A DNA stretch of 63,530 bases, filler included, from Sphaeroforma arctica JP610 (Eukaryota): assembly GCF_001186125.1 (NCBI RefSeq). It is 8 parts of 2 records of this genome, joined end to end, with 100 filler letters (N's around TTAATTAATTAA, not from the genome) between each part and the next. Parts side by side here need not be neighbours in the genome. Positions count along the whole stretch, not along the records: positions 26,524 to 41,063 come from NW_014040531.1; 7 more parts are not named here. The stretch is one strand, 5' to 3'. Below the pieces are notes generated by a model. The model ran no database searches. It saw only the letters and a list, made by a program, of their open reading frames with translations, and had not been told where the DNA came from. Position numbers and translations under genes: made by a program. Below are positions 26,677-39,835 of the stretch, piece after piece. Position 1 is the stretch's first letter; the number at the start of each line of letters is the position of its first letter.

Positions 26677-26900
26677 CTGGTGCCTTAAGACCTTTTCTGA
26701 CATAGTCGGGTTGGTGGGACTGGTCGCACACGTGAGTGATTGAATGCCTGTTCACATCTGTGTGCTACGTAGGGAAATATTTATGATTGAGGTGTGCGTT
26801 TGCAGTATCACATCGTCGAAGGTCTATGGTGGAGCCAGTTTGGAAAGTTGTTTTATTTGACCCTAACACCCATCTTCGTGCCGCGTATCACTGACCGCAG

Positions 26901-29000
26901 GCGTTGATCATCTTCCATCATCTGCTGCTTCCGGAGGACAAGTTCAGGAAAAAAGAAAACGTACTAACGGATGAGCAGGTGGAGAGTATTTATCAGGTAT
27001 TTTCTGTACTTGCAGCTACTAACAGTCGGTGGGTTGTTCAGATAGCACAACTCTTTCATTTTGTTCAACACGCTCTATGTATGTAGGCATGCGTGCGTCT
27101 GGCGTTCTGCATGTTCCGGAACAGGAATAGTACCCTGTCGGCTATATATTTATATTCTAAAGTATTACTGACCCATGTGCGTGTGTACACATCACCGTGG
27201 TGGATTTGCTTCAGACGACGTTTAGTAGAACCTCTGTTAGTCTAACATTCCAGTTTGTGCTCAATATAGTGTCGAATGCATTATATAAAACATAGAACTG
27301 ACCTGACTGGCACCTCATCGTCAGCATATGATGGTTTGCTTTGTCTCGTATCCTGTCTTGTAGCTGATATATTCACACCTGGCATCACACAGGCGACTAC
27401 ACGTGTGTACACCATTATGAAGGACACACCGCCAACAGGTGTATACGTGGCCAGGTGTATGAGACGAGTCCTAGACAACGAGCTATACTGGTAAGGACAT
27501 ACAGATGATGTTTTATAGTGAAAGGCTTTCGTTGGTTTCGCTGCGTTTGTGTGCATATTATATACTATAGTATGGGGCATGGAATCACACTGGTCATATG
27601 TGGTACATATTGCAAGGTGGGTGTGGCTTAATCCATTTTTGTGAGTATTGATTACCACGCTATAAATTTCTGGAATGAAGACGCATTTGTATATAATAGT
27701 ACTTTCGCTATCGGCGTTCGGTATGTTTGTGTGGGATCGCTTAACATCAAAGCGGGCTTTCACTGTCTGGATCCAGTTATCTGAGTTGATAGCTCCGTAT
27801 GTCATAGTTTATATCTGTGCTCACAATATCGGCGTGTATCATTATATTTGTATTTTACGTTCAAGATAAATTTGTGCTTATCGGATAGAATCGACATATT
27901 TTACATTCACATGCATACTTTCAGAAATATACGGTCAAGTCTTCCTTAGTCCTATATCTCTTTCTCGTTTCCCTGCTGAGGTCTGTATTACACTCACAAT
28001 GTATATGCCTATTATCGAGCCTGAATAAATGTACGTATATGGGATTATGGGTTGCTTATGTATTACCTTCATCTAATCTCCAAACCCCAGGGTGGAGTGG
28101 AAGAACAAGGCTTGCCCGGCTACTTCCTTCCAACCTGACTCCATATCACAATTGCCTTTACCACCCCCGCTACCCAATCAACAACCAAACCCCGCCTCAA
28201 ACAAACGCCGCTTTACGCCTGGTGAAACAGTTTCCTCCAAAGCCATCTTGGGATCGTGCACTGCCAAGGTACGTATGGTTTCATGTATACATATAGTAAT
28301 TGATCAGGCATTATATCTTGATACGGTAACACTATCGATTTCTTTACTCGCCTGACTTCAATGTGCACCCCACACTTATCACTTTGCATTGTGAAACCCC
28401 TCTGCTTCGTCGCCTGCCCTTGTCTTCCTAGAAGTTTGGTAGAGCTACATCTGCAATGCTAATATCCTGGCCATGTTGTATTCACAGGTCGATCAAATTT
28501 GGGAAACATTTAAGTCAAACACGACGTGCAAATCCAGCAATGATACAAACAATCATATCGACTACTTCACTGGCGTACCTCAAGAAAAGATCTTCCTGTA
28601 AGTGTCACGCTTTTGTAGAAGCTGTAATTTTGTACCGCGTATATGTATGTTTAAGTATATATAGGTACAGGTAGGCATATATGTATATTATATATATATA
28701 TATATATGTGTGTGCGTGTGTGTCTATGTATGCACATATATAGGTATCTACACACACATATATATATATATATGTGTATGTATATGAATATGTTTATATA
28801 TATAAGTGTTATGATTTAAATGACATAGTTCGAGTTCTGACTTGCCTGTAACCGTCTCCCCTTCTCGCACACGCATTTGACATTGATACCACGTGGCTTA
28901 TCTACTATGTGCACACACACATACACACACCTATATATATATATATATATATAAATATATATTATATGTATGTTTGTATGTTTGTTTGTATGTATGTATG

Positions 29001-29031
<31 letters not shown>

Positions 29032-31549
29032 GTATGTATTCATGTATATATATATAATTGTAAATGATTTTCATGACGAAGTTCTAGTTCTGACGTGCCT
29101 GTAGCAGTCGCACATGCATTTGGCATTGATACCGCGTGGCTTATCTACTATGTGCACATTGGTGCTTCTGCTTCGTGTTTGATTCATCAGGGACTTCGTC
29201 GAGGAGGCAGTGGAGCAGTGTGATCCAATTGCAGAGATAGACATGGAATACCGAATAGTCAACGAGGACTGGTGGTGGCGTTTGGCCACGCGCATCTGTC
29301 AGAGACACAGCGTGAAGTACAAATACAAATTGTCAGAAATCATAGGAAATAGTAAGGCTGCTATGGTGCAACTCCTCGAGAGCATGTGGAAAGAAAGAAA
29401 TCCGGAAAAGGTCAAGCAGATGGCTGAAGGTATGTATACGTTCTCGAATATATCGAGATTCGGCCACGTGCTCAAAATATATTGCTGTCAGTGATATGTT
29501 ATAATTCAAAGTTCCATACGCACTTGTTCTTTGTATACGAACGGCTTAATGTGCGGCATATTTGCTGAACAACCAAAAAAAGGACTTATTGATAGTTTGT
29601 TAACCGCAATGCTTTAGCTTCATGAAGGATGTACAAAAAATAGTGAATGCTCGAGAATGGTGGCTTGAACGACTTCTTTAAGTCAACTGCTGTTTGTCTA
29701 CGACTTTCTGAGAAAGTTAGTTTATCAGTTTGGTTGTAGAATTCTTAGTTCTCTGGCACCACAAAAAAAATACGAGCACCATTGCACGGGTACGGACACA
29801 CTCACGTTTCTAGCTATATTCAAGATCTGATATCAATGCCACTACGTTTGCATTTGACTTTCCAAATACACGGTCTAATTAAATATGACAGAAGCAGCGA
29901 AGGCGAAGGCTATGAAAGATAAGCAACTTGCCGAGCTCGCGGCGGAGGAAGAGAAAGAAAGGTTGGCTCTTGAAGAAGCCGAGAAAGCGAACAAAAAGGC
30001 CGCTGATGAGAAGCTCAAGCAGGAACAGCTGAAAGCAAGGTTACAGGAAGACAAGGCTAAGAAGGACGAAGCTAAGGCTAAGCTCAAAGAGGAGGCAGAA
30101 ATCGCGAAACTTGAGAATGCCGATGAAAATCTCAAAAAGGAGACCGATACAGGCAAGGCTGGGCCAGGGCCAGATACACTGGTTAGTAGAAGGTCGTCTG
30201 GTGCTATTAAGAGAGAGTCTTCGATTGAAAGCGGCGAGGAAAGCAGCAATAGTCAGTATGGTGGCGGTCAGTCAAAAACTACTATCAGCGAGTATACTAA
30301 GAAACCTGTATCAGCTAACACAAACACAACCTCTGGTACAAAGCGCAAGGCAGACAGCAATAGGATAGATTCGAACAGTACGATGCGCAGTGAGAGTGAC
30401 GCAAAAAAACTTAAAGCGGATAATGGGGAGGCGCGAAGAAAATCTATCAAAGGAACCGATGACCTTTATAAAGATGCTGAAATTCGAGCTAAGGACAGCG
30501 ACTATAAACGTAGCAAGGAAAGTGATCGGGAGAAGTCGAAGGACAGAAGAACCAATGCAAGCGACTCACGCCCTACTTCGAGACCAAGTTCGCGACCAGC
30601 TTCGAGGCGGGCGTCTAGCGATAGGTATTCGAGTGACAACACAATAGGGAAGACAAAGGATGGTGATGGATCTACTTTTAATAGTAAGGGATTGGGTAGG
30701 AATGGTGCCAATGATGATAGTATAGGCGTGGTCCAAAGTCAGGGCGCGAAGAACATTAGGACGAAAGTGAAGGCCACAGAGAGGGTTAGAAGCAGTCCAA
30801 GTCAAACCACCATCACATCTGCGAGCGATTCTAATCACAAATTAGGTTCTACAGGCCGGACGTCTAGTTGTGCTTCGCTCGGAGGTGAAAGTACAGGAGA
30901 GAAATCGGACAAATACGACAATCATGACAGATCACAGTCCGTTGGAAACCGTGCAAATAGTGGAAATTCCGTGTCTATGCAACATGGCACTGGTATCTCG
31001 AGTATGAACTCGAGTTCCAAATCAGATGCGACAAAGGCACCACCAAAGTCGCACATCCGCAAGGCAGAGAGCATTGGTGTTCGACAAGCATCAATTACTG
31101 CACGAGACACATACGCAGGGGTTAAACATAGCACAGACAGCGGCAGTGGAGAGGTTGATACTGAAGCAAATCAGACTCAACAGAAAAGTAACAGCAGATC
31201 TAACGCACAGACACCAAATGGTCGCATGCGCAATGCTGCAGGGGGCGGGTCTGGAGGACCTGGATTGGTGCAGCGACAATTGTCAGATGTTATGCAACAA
31301 AGACAAAATAGATTCCAACCACAGGGAAAAGGCAGTGGTAGTAATGTAGGTAGCCCCGTGCAATCTCGGGGACATCTGGGGGAGGGCAATACGAATGGAC
31401 GTACGCACAATACCAACCAGAATGATAGAGGGAATGCAAATAACAGTAACAATACGTCTCGTCGGTCCTCGGGAGTTGGATCACACAGTGGAAAACGAGA
31501 TATGAGGGATGGTGGTACACCAGAGAGGAAGAAATCGAAGCATTATTAG
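26901..31549 (+). CDS. THOC1: THO complex subunit 1 (Hpr1/THOC1), 5' partial
   Basis: In-frame exons: 26901-26996 (KFRKKENVLTDEQVESIYQ), 27393-27490 (ATTRVYTIMKDTPPTG...VLDNELYW), 28091-28268 (VEWKNKACP), 28488-28597, 29191-29429 (DFVEEAVEQCDPIAEIDMEYRIVNEDWWWRLATRI) and 29892-31549. These match remembered THOC1 motifs VLTDEQ, ENPPDG, WKNEGCP and EEAIEQADP. Confidence 0.92.
28811..29158. repeat. Diverged ~95-bp duplication in a THOC1 intron, separated by a microsatellite
   Basis: AGTTCTGAC.TGCCTGTA...CATTGATACC.CGTGGCTTATCTACTATGTGCACA at about 28811-28915 and 29064-29158. Confidence 0.8.
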
Positions 31550-32806
31550 CATAGAATCTGATTGAAAATCTGAGGAACCCGAACCTGTCTGTTTACAAAT
31601 GTCGACCCGAAGTATGATCTCTACAGATTATGATCACTACAGAGAGAACCGTGAGATCCTGTCGCTATACTGCGGGACAATCCTGTTGATAAAACTGCCT
31701 CGGGAGATTACCCACACAACACACACACACAGTCACACACACACTCTGTCTATCTCTCTGATACTCTATACATACATTGAGATTAGAGACCGAGATAGAT
31801 AAAGATGAAACACTTCATTGAAATGACACTGAGATATTGGTATTTGGTACAAGCCATTTGGGGTCAATATTATGCTTTCTCGAGTGACTCTCGACTCTCG
31901 TGAAGTCTCACTCTCGTCACTCTGCTGACTCTGGGAGTGCAAAACTATGAATTGTTTCTCTGACATGCTACTAGATTACAATCTGTCCAGATTCCAATTC
32001 CGAACCTCGTGTGGAGAGGATGGCCAGAGCCGGACAGCCGGTCACAGCACTGAGCCATTGACAAGTAACAGCAGGAGTCTGCAGGACTGCCGTCTGCCGG
32101 TGCATTGCTGTAGTGCTATACCTACTGCTTGCCCACTTGGCCCCTCTGCGCTGGCCGTTGGGTGGTATTCATTAAATTGTCGAAGTATTTACATATATAG
32201 ATTGATTTTCGCTCGAGAGTCGAGCGGAGAGTCTAGACTTGAGACCAATTTCCCCAGAGAGGGCCATGAAACTGTTTTGTTGTTGTTTGACAGCTCTCTC
32301 TATGTCCTATGAGTCTATGTAAATATATAATAGTAGAGTAGAGACTGTAGAGTAGACTCAGTAGTGACAGACAGTCAGACTGGCAACAGGCAGTGTCCGT
32401 ATTTTTACAATTTTTTGCATAGCCCTCTAAATTGAAATTGCAGGAATATTCGTTGTTGTTTTTGTTTTTGTTTTTTATATAGTTGACATTTAGGCTATGC
32501 AAAACTGTAAAAGTATATACAGAACTGTTTTTATTTAATGAAAAAACAAACCAAAAAAATAACAACTATGTATTTAGAAAAACAAAATAAAAACAAAATA
32601 AATATAAAGAACAAAAACAAACCCCAATTTCTTTTAAATTGTATTTATTTATTTAAAAAAAAAACAATGTAGTCGGAGAGAATACACAGACTGACGACTA
32701 CATATTTACTTTTACTAAATACTCTATGAAATCAGATGCCTATCTGAATTTTTGAAAACCCCTTAAAATAAATATTGCAAGTTTGTTGCAAAGCCAACAA
32801 TAGTTA

Positions 32807-33386
32807 AATAACTACTCCATATTGTACTCCGAAAAATGTGATTTTTTAACAAATGTTTCTATGGTTCATTTTGTGCGTGTGACTGAGTGTGTGTGACTGT
32901 GTGACTGTGTGACTGTGTGTGTCACTGTCGTTTTTTTATTTAAAACAACTCATTACAGGAAGCTTTAGAACGGAGTTATCGAGGCCTTGCAAATTATCCA
33001 AAACGAGAATAAAATAGAGTAATTAACGCAAACACACGATAAAAATAATAAATGCCAAAGACTGAACTATAATAACTACTCCATATTGTACTCCGAAAAA
33101 TAGGATTTTTTAACAAATGTTTCTATGGTTCATTTTGGGCGAGTGACTGAGTGTGTGTGACTGTGTGACTGTGTGGCTGTGTGACTGTGTGAGAGACTGA
33201 GAGTTTGTGACTGTGTATGACTGTGTGTGACTGTGTGTGTCACTGTCGTTTTTTTATTTAAAACAACTCATTACAGGAAGCTTTAGAACGGAGTTATCGA
33301 GGCCTTGCAAATTATCCAAAACGAGAGTAAAATAGAGTAATTAACACAAACACACGATAAAAATATTAAATGCCAAAGACTGAACT
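32807..33386. repeat. Near-perfect tandem duplication (about 265-315 bp) with a variable GTGACT microsatellite
   Basis: AATAACTACTCCATATTGTACTCCGAAAAA...GCCAAAGACTGAACT at 32807-33068 and 33071-33386. Confidence 0.92.
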
Positions 33387-34595
33387 CTGAAGGACCGAAG
33401 CGCTAGAACGCTAAAACAGCGGTGGCGGACGCCAGTGGCCTGAGTCTTGCCGGAAGGGTTTGTTTTGTTTTTTTCTCTTTTTTAAAAACAAAAACGTCGA
33501 ATTTTTTTAAAGGTCAACTTATTTAAAAAAAAATAGTTGGCTTGGGTCAATACGTACGGGGTTACAAATGGAATCGCAGTATGTAGTTGGAAATATTATG
33601 ATTTCAAAATCGAAAGCGTGTTTACGTTTTACGCATTGAAGCCGTCGGCCGGGCCTGCTGACTGATCAGTGATCAGTGATGAACTGATAACTCAATCTCA
33701 CTCATTGCTCATCAATTGACTGACTCTGAGACGTTCTCAGATAAATACTTTTATTATTATTAAAAACTATGTCCCTTTCTCTACTACTACAGTACTACAT
33801 ACTCGAATACACATACAGTACTAGTTTTTAGTTTTTTAAAACTCTTTCTTCCATTCTCTACTCTTACTCTCTATAGAGAGAGCGACTCGTGACTTCTAAG
33901 CCTACCTAAGGCCTATCTCTGTTCCACGCCCACGCCCCACGGCGCCACGTCCCCATTTACCTGAGACGGCTATGGCGATTGGCGGACGCTCCAAGAAGGT
34001 CGTTTTTGAAAAGATAATAGCCAAAATATGGACAAAAAAAGAAAATAGCCAAACAATAATACATGTGTACATACTTAACTACAAAAACGAAAAGAAAAAT
34101 ATAGCCTTCAAATTAGACCTACAAATATGTATTGTAATTATACTGTACAGGCCAGCCCAGACCCCAGCCTCCCAGGGCCTAAGGCCCAGACCTCAGCCTC
34201 CCAGGGCCTAGAGGGCCCAGGCCCTACTACTCTAGGGGAAGAGAGAGGGTCTGTGACTTTGTGTCCGTTAGCCAAGAGTGTGAGCTTGCACTGCGAACTG
34301 CGCCAATTTGCCAGCAGAAGGTGCAGACGGCAGAATGGCAGAGTGCGTGCGGCAGGTGGCTGCCTGATAACTTCATGTGGCTGCGGCATTACTCCTTGTG
34401 GATAGACTTATGTCTATGGTCCACACTCCACTCCTTCCCTCGTCCGGCTTACCCTCTTTGACACGCATCACAAGAGTTCACAACAAGAAGCTGATTGTAT
34501 TCTGAAATCGGTTGGTATAAAATGGCCTAGAATGTGTCAAACGAAACTCAGTATTCATCTTTTTTAAAAAGCCAAACTTCCAATTGTTCCATACA

Positions 34596-35459
34596 ATGAC
34601 GTTAACAACAAATATCGCATTAACTGCTCTGATAGCTTCTGCTGCTTTAGCATCGCCAGTAGGGAATGTACGCAGGGACTCGGCTGCAGCACCGATATGC
34701 AATTTAGCATGGTCTAATTCAGGAATGCAGGCGAAAACAGACTGTACAGGTGCAGTTGTACTTTTTTCAGATCCCTTGATACCAGACCCTCGTGTAGATG
34801 GGCAACGTGCAAATGGAACAACCGGTGAGATTATGGCGTATCTAAGTGTGGGAACTGTGAATCCACTATATGCACCGGATCCAAGGTTGCTCGACTACCA
34901 GTGGCAACAGAATTTGGATAAGAATTCTGAAGGGGAATTATGGGGAGACTTTTGGTTCAACCCTGATGATTTGAACGACCACATTCTTCCGATTATGAAG
35001 GATATAATTTCAAGTTACAGGGCACTTAATTATACGGCGATAAGCACAGATAATGCAAAACCATCTACAGCTGTAACGGAGAATGACGCGCAAGCGAAAG
35101 CTTACGCTGATACTGAACGTATAGACCCTCGATACGTCGAGTATTTGAAAAATATCATCGATTTCGCGCACAGTTTAGACATGGAGGTGGCTCTGAAGAA
35201 TCCGAGTTACTATGTGAACGAACCAACGGTTATCGACGAATTTGATGCTTACCTTGTGGAATCACTATTTAACTGGTATCCCTGGGATATCGATGTATAT
35301 GGCTCGCTACCATATGGCCCAAAGCCATTCTGGATCTTTCAATATCCAGGTGTTAATGGTCTAACAAATCAAGAATTGCACGACAGAATGGTAGAACGAA
35401 ACTTGAGCAAGGTCTACTTGGACTCGGAGGACGGCTACGTCTCGTATTACGCGTTTTAG
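34596..35459 (+). CDS. Secreted GH114-like glycoside hydrolase (endo-alpha-1,4-polygalactosaminidase family), intronless, copy 1
   Basis: Uninterrupted ORF with a hydrophobic signal peptide (IALTALIASAALASP) and a dibasic RR site. GH114-type motifs: AYLSVGT, ELWGDFW, ISTDN (putative catalytic Asp), VALKN and FDAYLVE (putative catalytic Glu). TATAAAA lies about 80 nt upstream. Confidence 0.8.
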   Translation: MTLTTNIALTALIASAALASPVGNVRRDSAAAPICNLAWSNSGMQAKTDCTGAVVLFSDPLIPDPRVDGQRANGTTGEIMAYLSVGTVNPLYAPDPRLLDYQWQQNLDKNSEGELWGDFWFNPDDLNDHILPIMKDIISSYRALNYTAISTDNAKPSTAVTENDAQAKAYADTERIDPRYVEYLKNIIDFAHSLDMEVALKNPSYYVNEPTVIDEFDAYLVESLFNWYPWDIDVYGSLPYGPKPFWIFQYPGVNGLTNQELHDRMVERNLSKVYLDSEDGYVSYYAF

Positions 35460-38400
35460 GAAGAGCTCATGATCTACAAAACGTCGTCCATATGAGTCCA
35501 TATACAAGATCCGACACGGAGCATGAAGCCGTGGATCGCGATGCATGCTATACTGTTTGAAAGTTTATGCCCTACACAAATAAAACATAGTTGTTATCTA
35601 ATATCTGTGTCTGGTGAGAAATGCTTGCGCAACCATGCATAGACAGCAAAAGTTATATATTCGCTTACAATGTATATGTAAATGTATATATCTATTTTGT
35701 ATGTATATGTAATATGTAAATGTATACGGTTCTACAGATATCTAAGAAGATATCAATGAGCAACATGAATGTTTTTTTATATTCCTATTTTCGTATCGTG
35801 TTAGTACAAGTAGAAATATAATCGAATTTCAATATTCCGATATCAAATACATAGATGTGTGGTTTGATTGTATACAGAACATGCTGTTGTCTGGTTTGTG
35901 CACTTGGTACTGTTGTTTCCGAAGCATTTTGTAAAATTAAATTGTAACGTTTTGAATATAGCCATTTCATACCTTCTGTTACCTGACAAATACAAGACTG
36001 TGCCAGAAGCTAAGCCTTTTCATGTGTACCATTCTTGTCCAATTCCTGGAATGTATACAGATGCTATTTTCTGAGTTCAATGAGTTGGGTGTTTCTTTTC
36101 AGCAGCCATGCAGACAGATCACGGCCATCTTGATGGCCAGTTAGTTCGATCCCCTATATTTTGTTGATCTTAAAAGTATTCTTCTCTTTCTAGAGGGTCA
36201 TGGACAGATGATGTTAAATAAAATGTTTGATTTATAGCCCTGTGAATTTGTGACACGTACGCCCCAGTCCCCCAGGCCATTGTCTTCGCTCCCTACTCTC
36301 TCTAGAGAGGACCAAGTCCCCACCACTTCCTTTCATCCTATTTGAGTTCCGGCTGATTATATACTGTAATCAAAACACGAAAAACCTACCAGGCTACCAC
36401 TGCCAGCCGCCAGGTTGTTCAATTTAGAAGGCAATTGCCAGGCGACAAGCACTGGTCCGGCGCCAGGTTAAATGTCTGACACAACTGATGAGTTTGAGAC
36501 TCTGGCCCAGGGCGAGTAGTAGTATGGTAGGCTGACCAGGCTCTACTGTACTCTACTTTACTCTACTACAGAGAGAGAGAGAGTAGAGAGTCACTCTCTC
36601 TCTCTCCTCTCTCTCTCTCCTCTCTCTCTACTACTACTAAATAGTAGTAGTAGTAGAGTAGTAGCGAGAATAGAGACTAGAGCGAGAGCCTGCTTGCCTG
36701 CCGCCTGGGCCCTGGCCGCTCGCTAGCGTGAGTCGCCTGCTACATATGTTCGAAATTGGACTATGATATCACTAGCGCAAAACAAAATGTGACGAGTCGT
36801 CACATTTTACCAAAATGCACCCGGTAAGTATTTGTTTTCAAAAATAGTTTGTACTAGAGCTAATACAAAAATAAAAAAATTCAAAATGAAATGTGACGAC
36901 TCGTTACATTCACAAATCCCGATTTTATTAGTTAGCTTATTCATCAAAAGTAAGGACTGCGATGAATTATTTAGTTTTTTTTTCAGGAATAAAATTTATA
37001 TTTTAGATCTACAAGGTAAATCATCAGGATAGAAACTGTCAATACAGATACAACTCCAGACTTGCACTCCCCCCAATATTTCAAAAGTACAAACGGATTT
37101 TTTATGAATATTTCATTCAATAAAAGTTTATTTCAAAAAGGGCTAGTATGATTTGAGTTCAGGATTTTATTAATACTGTTCACTTGTCTACGAGGCCCCA
37201 CCCCGCCCCGTAGAGACCACGGCAACCAGGTAAACCCATGGTCCTTGACATAGCTTACTAGCGCTCATCGTCATCAGAGGAACTACCATCACTAACACTA
37301 GTACTACCACTAGTACGTCTGTTGCACTCGTCGTCAGAAGAGTCACCATCGCTACTAACATTAGCACTGCCGTTGGTAATAGACTTGCGTCTGTTCCCTA
37401 ACGCCTACCAACTCGCCCTTGAAGTATTCATCTTTGTGGAATCGTGAACAACAACTTTCATTGCGTGCATCTAGTGAATCGCATGCATCTAGTGAATGAC
37501 TTTCACTATAACTATCAACATGTACATCCTGTGTATGTTGTGGGCGGTTATCCTCCTCTCGCTGAGGGTGCGTTAAGCCTAAAACGGTGCGTACCATAAT
37601 GGCTTTGCAACTACTATGCTAGCACAATTGTGAGTTTATGTACACGCCTACTATAGAAGTTACAACTTCATACTATAGAAGTTGCAACTTCAAACATCTA
37701 CCATTTCGGTGTCGATTGTCCGATCATTGTGTTTCTTGGCTCGTTTTCGCGCAGAATTTTCCGGTCTTTTGATTTAAATACATATGTAACTATAAAGTAT
37801 AATATCCTAATGCCTTGTTTTGTTAAAATAAATAAATATTTTCTACTCATGATGGAGCGAAATATGACTTTACGAGAGTATTTACATACGCGTCTAAAAC
37901 TCTAAACGTCTACACGTGTTTAGAGAAACTAAAGGCGACAGGTCGGACAGCGAGTGAGCGACGCATATTGCACTTGTCTGATTTTTAGAAAGGCTATGTA
38001 TTTACTGTTGCAGGCTTGCAGAGTTGCAGTCTTTTGTGTTGGCGGCCCCCTTCTTGTTGTGCAGACTCTTCTTCTTCTGGTGTACATAAATAAATATCTT
38101 CTCTCTTGCTGTGTGTTTGTTGTGTCATGTGTGTGCAGTGTGCAGTGTGCACTGTGCAGTGTGCAGTGTTGCACAATGCAAATACAGTGCACTGTTGGTT
38201 GACTGTTGCCACTTGCCAGACTTGCTGACTGGGTGCTTACTATTTTCACTACTCTTGTCCTAACCCCAAATCGTTTTCCGTTAAAACCTTTATAATTCGA
38301 ATAAATATAATTGTATGTTCAACTTTAATTTCATGTGCGGTCCTTTGTATGCTCATAAATGCAGCTTGCGGGTCTAAACAATGAAGTATGCATCATGTTC

Positions 38401-39835
38401 ACGATAAGAACCAGTCCTATACAAGAACTTAAGTAGACTGTTCTGATCACATTATAGTCGTTATAACGTTTTAAAATTGAATAAATATGCATTTACGTTA
38501 AACTTCTATCCCGTACCCCCATAACGTTATGAGCTGAGCTCTTGTCTCTGACTCAGAATATTCATCCAAATACAGAGCGACTCTAGAGAGAGTACGTTTA
38601 TACCTTTTGTTTGTTATTTTTTTAACAAAATAAAAATAATACATCTTGTATCATAGCTTAAATTGTACACTTGTATGTATTGAAAAAAAAAAACATAAAA
38701 ATATCCAAAAATTGTTTTATGTAGGCTATGAAAATAGCCTATGTATTATTATTTTTCCAATTAAGAAAAAACATTTATAAAAATAAAAGTACTATTCCTT
38801 TATTTCATCTTTCTTTTTTTAACACAACAACTACTATTTCTTAAAGAAGAGATTCCGTACATAGTATGGTGCAACGTTTATAGTTTCAGGCTTTTCAGCT
38901 ACAATGCCGTAGAGAGAGAGAAAGAGAGAGAGATTATATATACATACATAGAATTAAATAGAGATATCAGACAGCGTCAAATGAAACGTTTTAAGTTTTT
39001 TTTGAAATGCATAGCACTAAACGTTCAGCGTTTCGTCTACTGGGCGACATATGTATATATAAAGGTCTCCCAGGCCAATATTATTATGTTCTTCCTGCGG
39101 CTTCAAGATTTTTTTATAAAACGTGGCACGTTTATTCTGATCAGCAATAACGTAACGAAACCTACGAACTCCTGCTTGCGGCTTCAAGTTTTTAAAAGTC
39201 CGAGGTCATCTATAAAAGCCCGTGAGGCGCCTGCTTTCAGTGCTACTGCTACATAGTACATACATATGAGATAATATAATGAGTTGATGACTGAAGCGTT
39301 AAAAGAGTGAAGAGACTACATACAAACTCTTAAAGTCTAAATAAATATATGATGTCTCTAAAATCTAAATATAAAACATATATATATATTTATTTATATT
39401 TACCAAACATCATGGCTCTGGCCTATGGATAACAAAAAATATGCTCGGAGCCTCGGCAGTCTGCCCTACGAGGCCTGAATAACTCTCATCAAATACTCAA
39501 AGACTCCATCGCGGCGTTGTCCGGATAGTCGCCTAAAGGCGGCTGTTCAAAAGAGCTGAACTCCAATCAATTTTTTTAAATCATAATTACTTGCAATTTG
39601 CAATAGTAAAGCAATACTAATTTAGTAATTTGTTATTTTATTTTTATCATAAAACGACGAAATGTGTCAAACCTCAAAAGACATGTCTCTGTGAAGTTGT
39701 GAACAAAATGACAACAATATGTGAATTGTGAAAACTGACACATGATAAAGCGAAAAAAGCGAATTTTTTTAAAAGTCGTGATACAGAAATTGATATATAA
39801 TGGTCTGGTCAGTCACGTATATATTTATTCTAACA

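Noticed and set aside
36485..36510. Hammerhead ribozyme core (CTGATGA)
   Set aside because: No GAAA follows a stem II, and no stems I/III were found.
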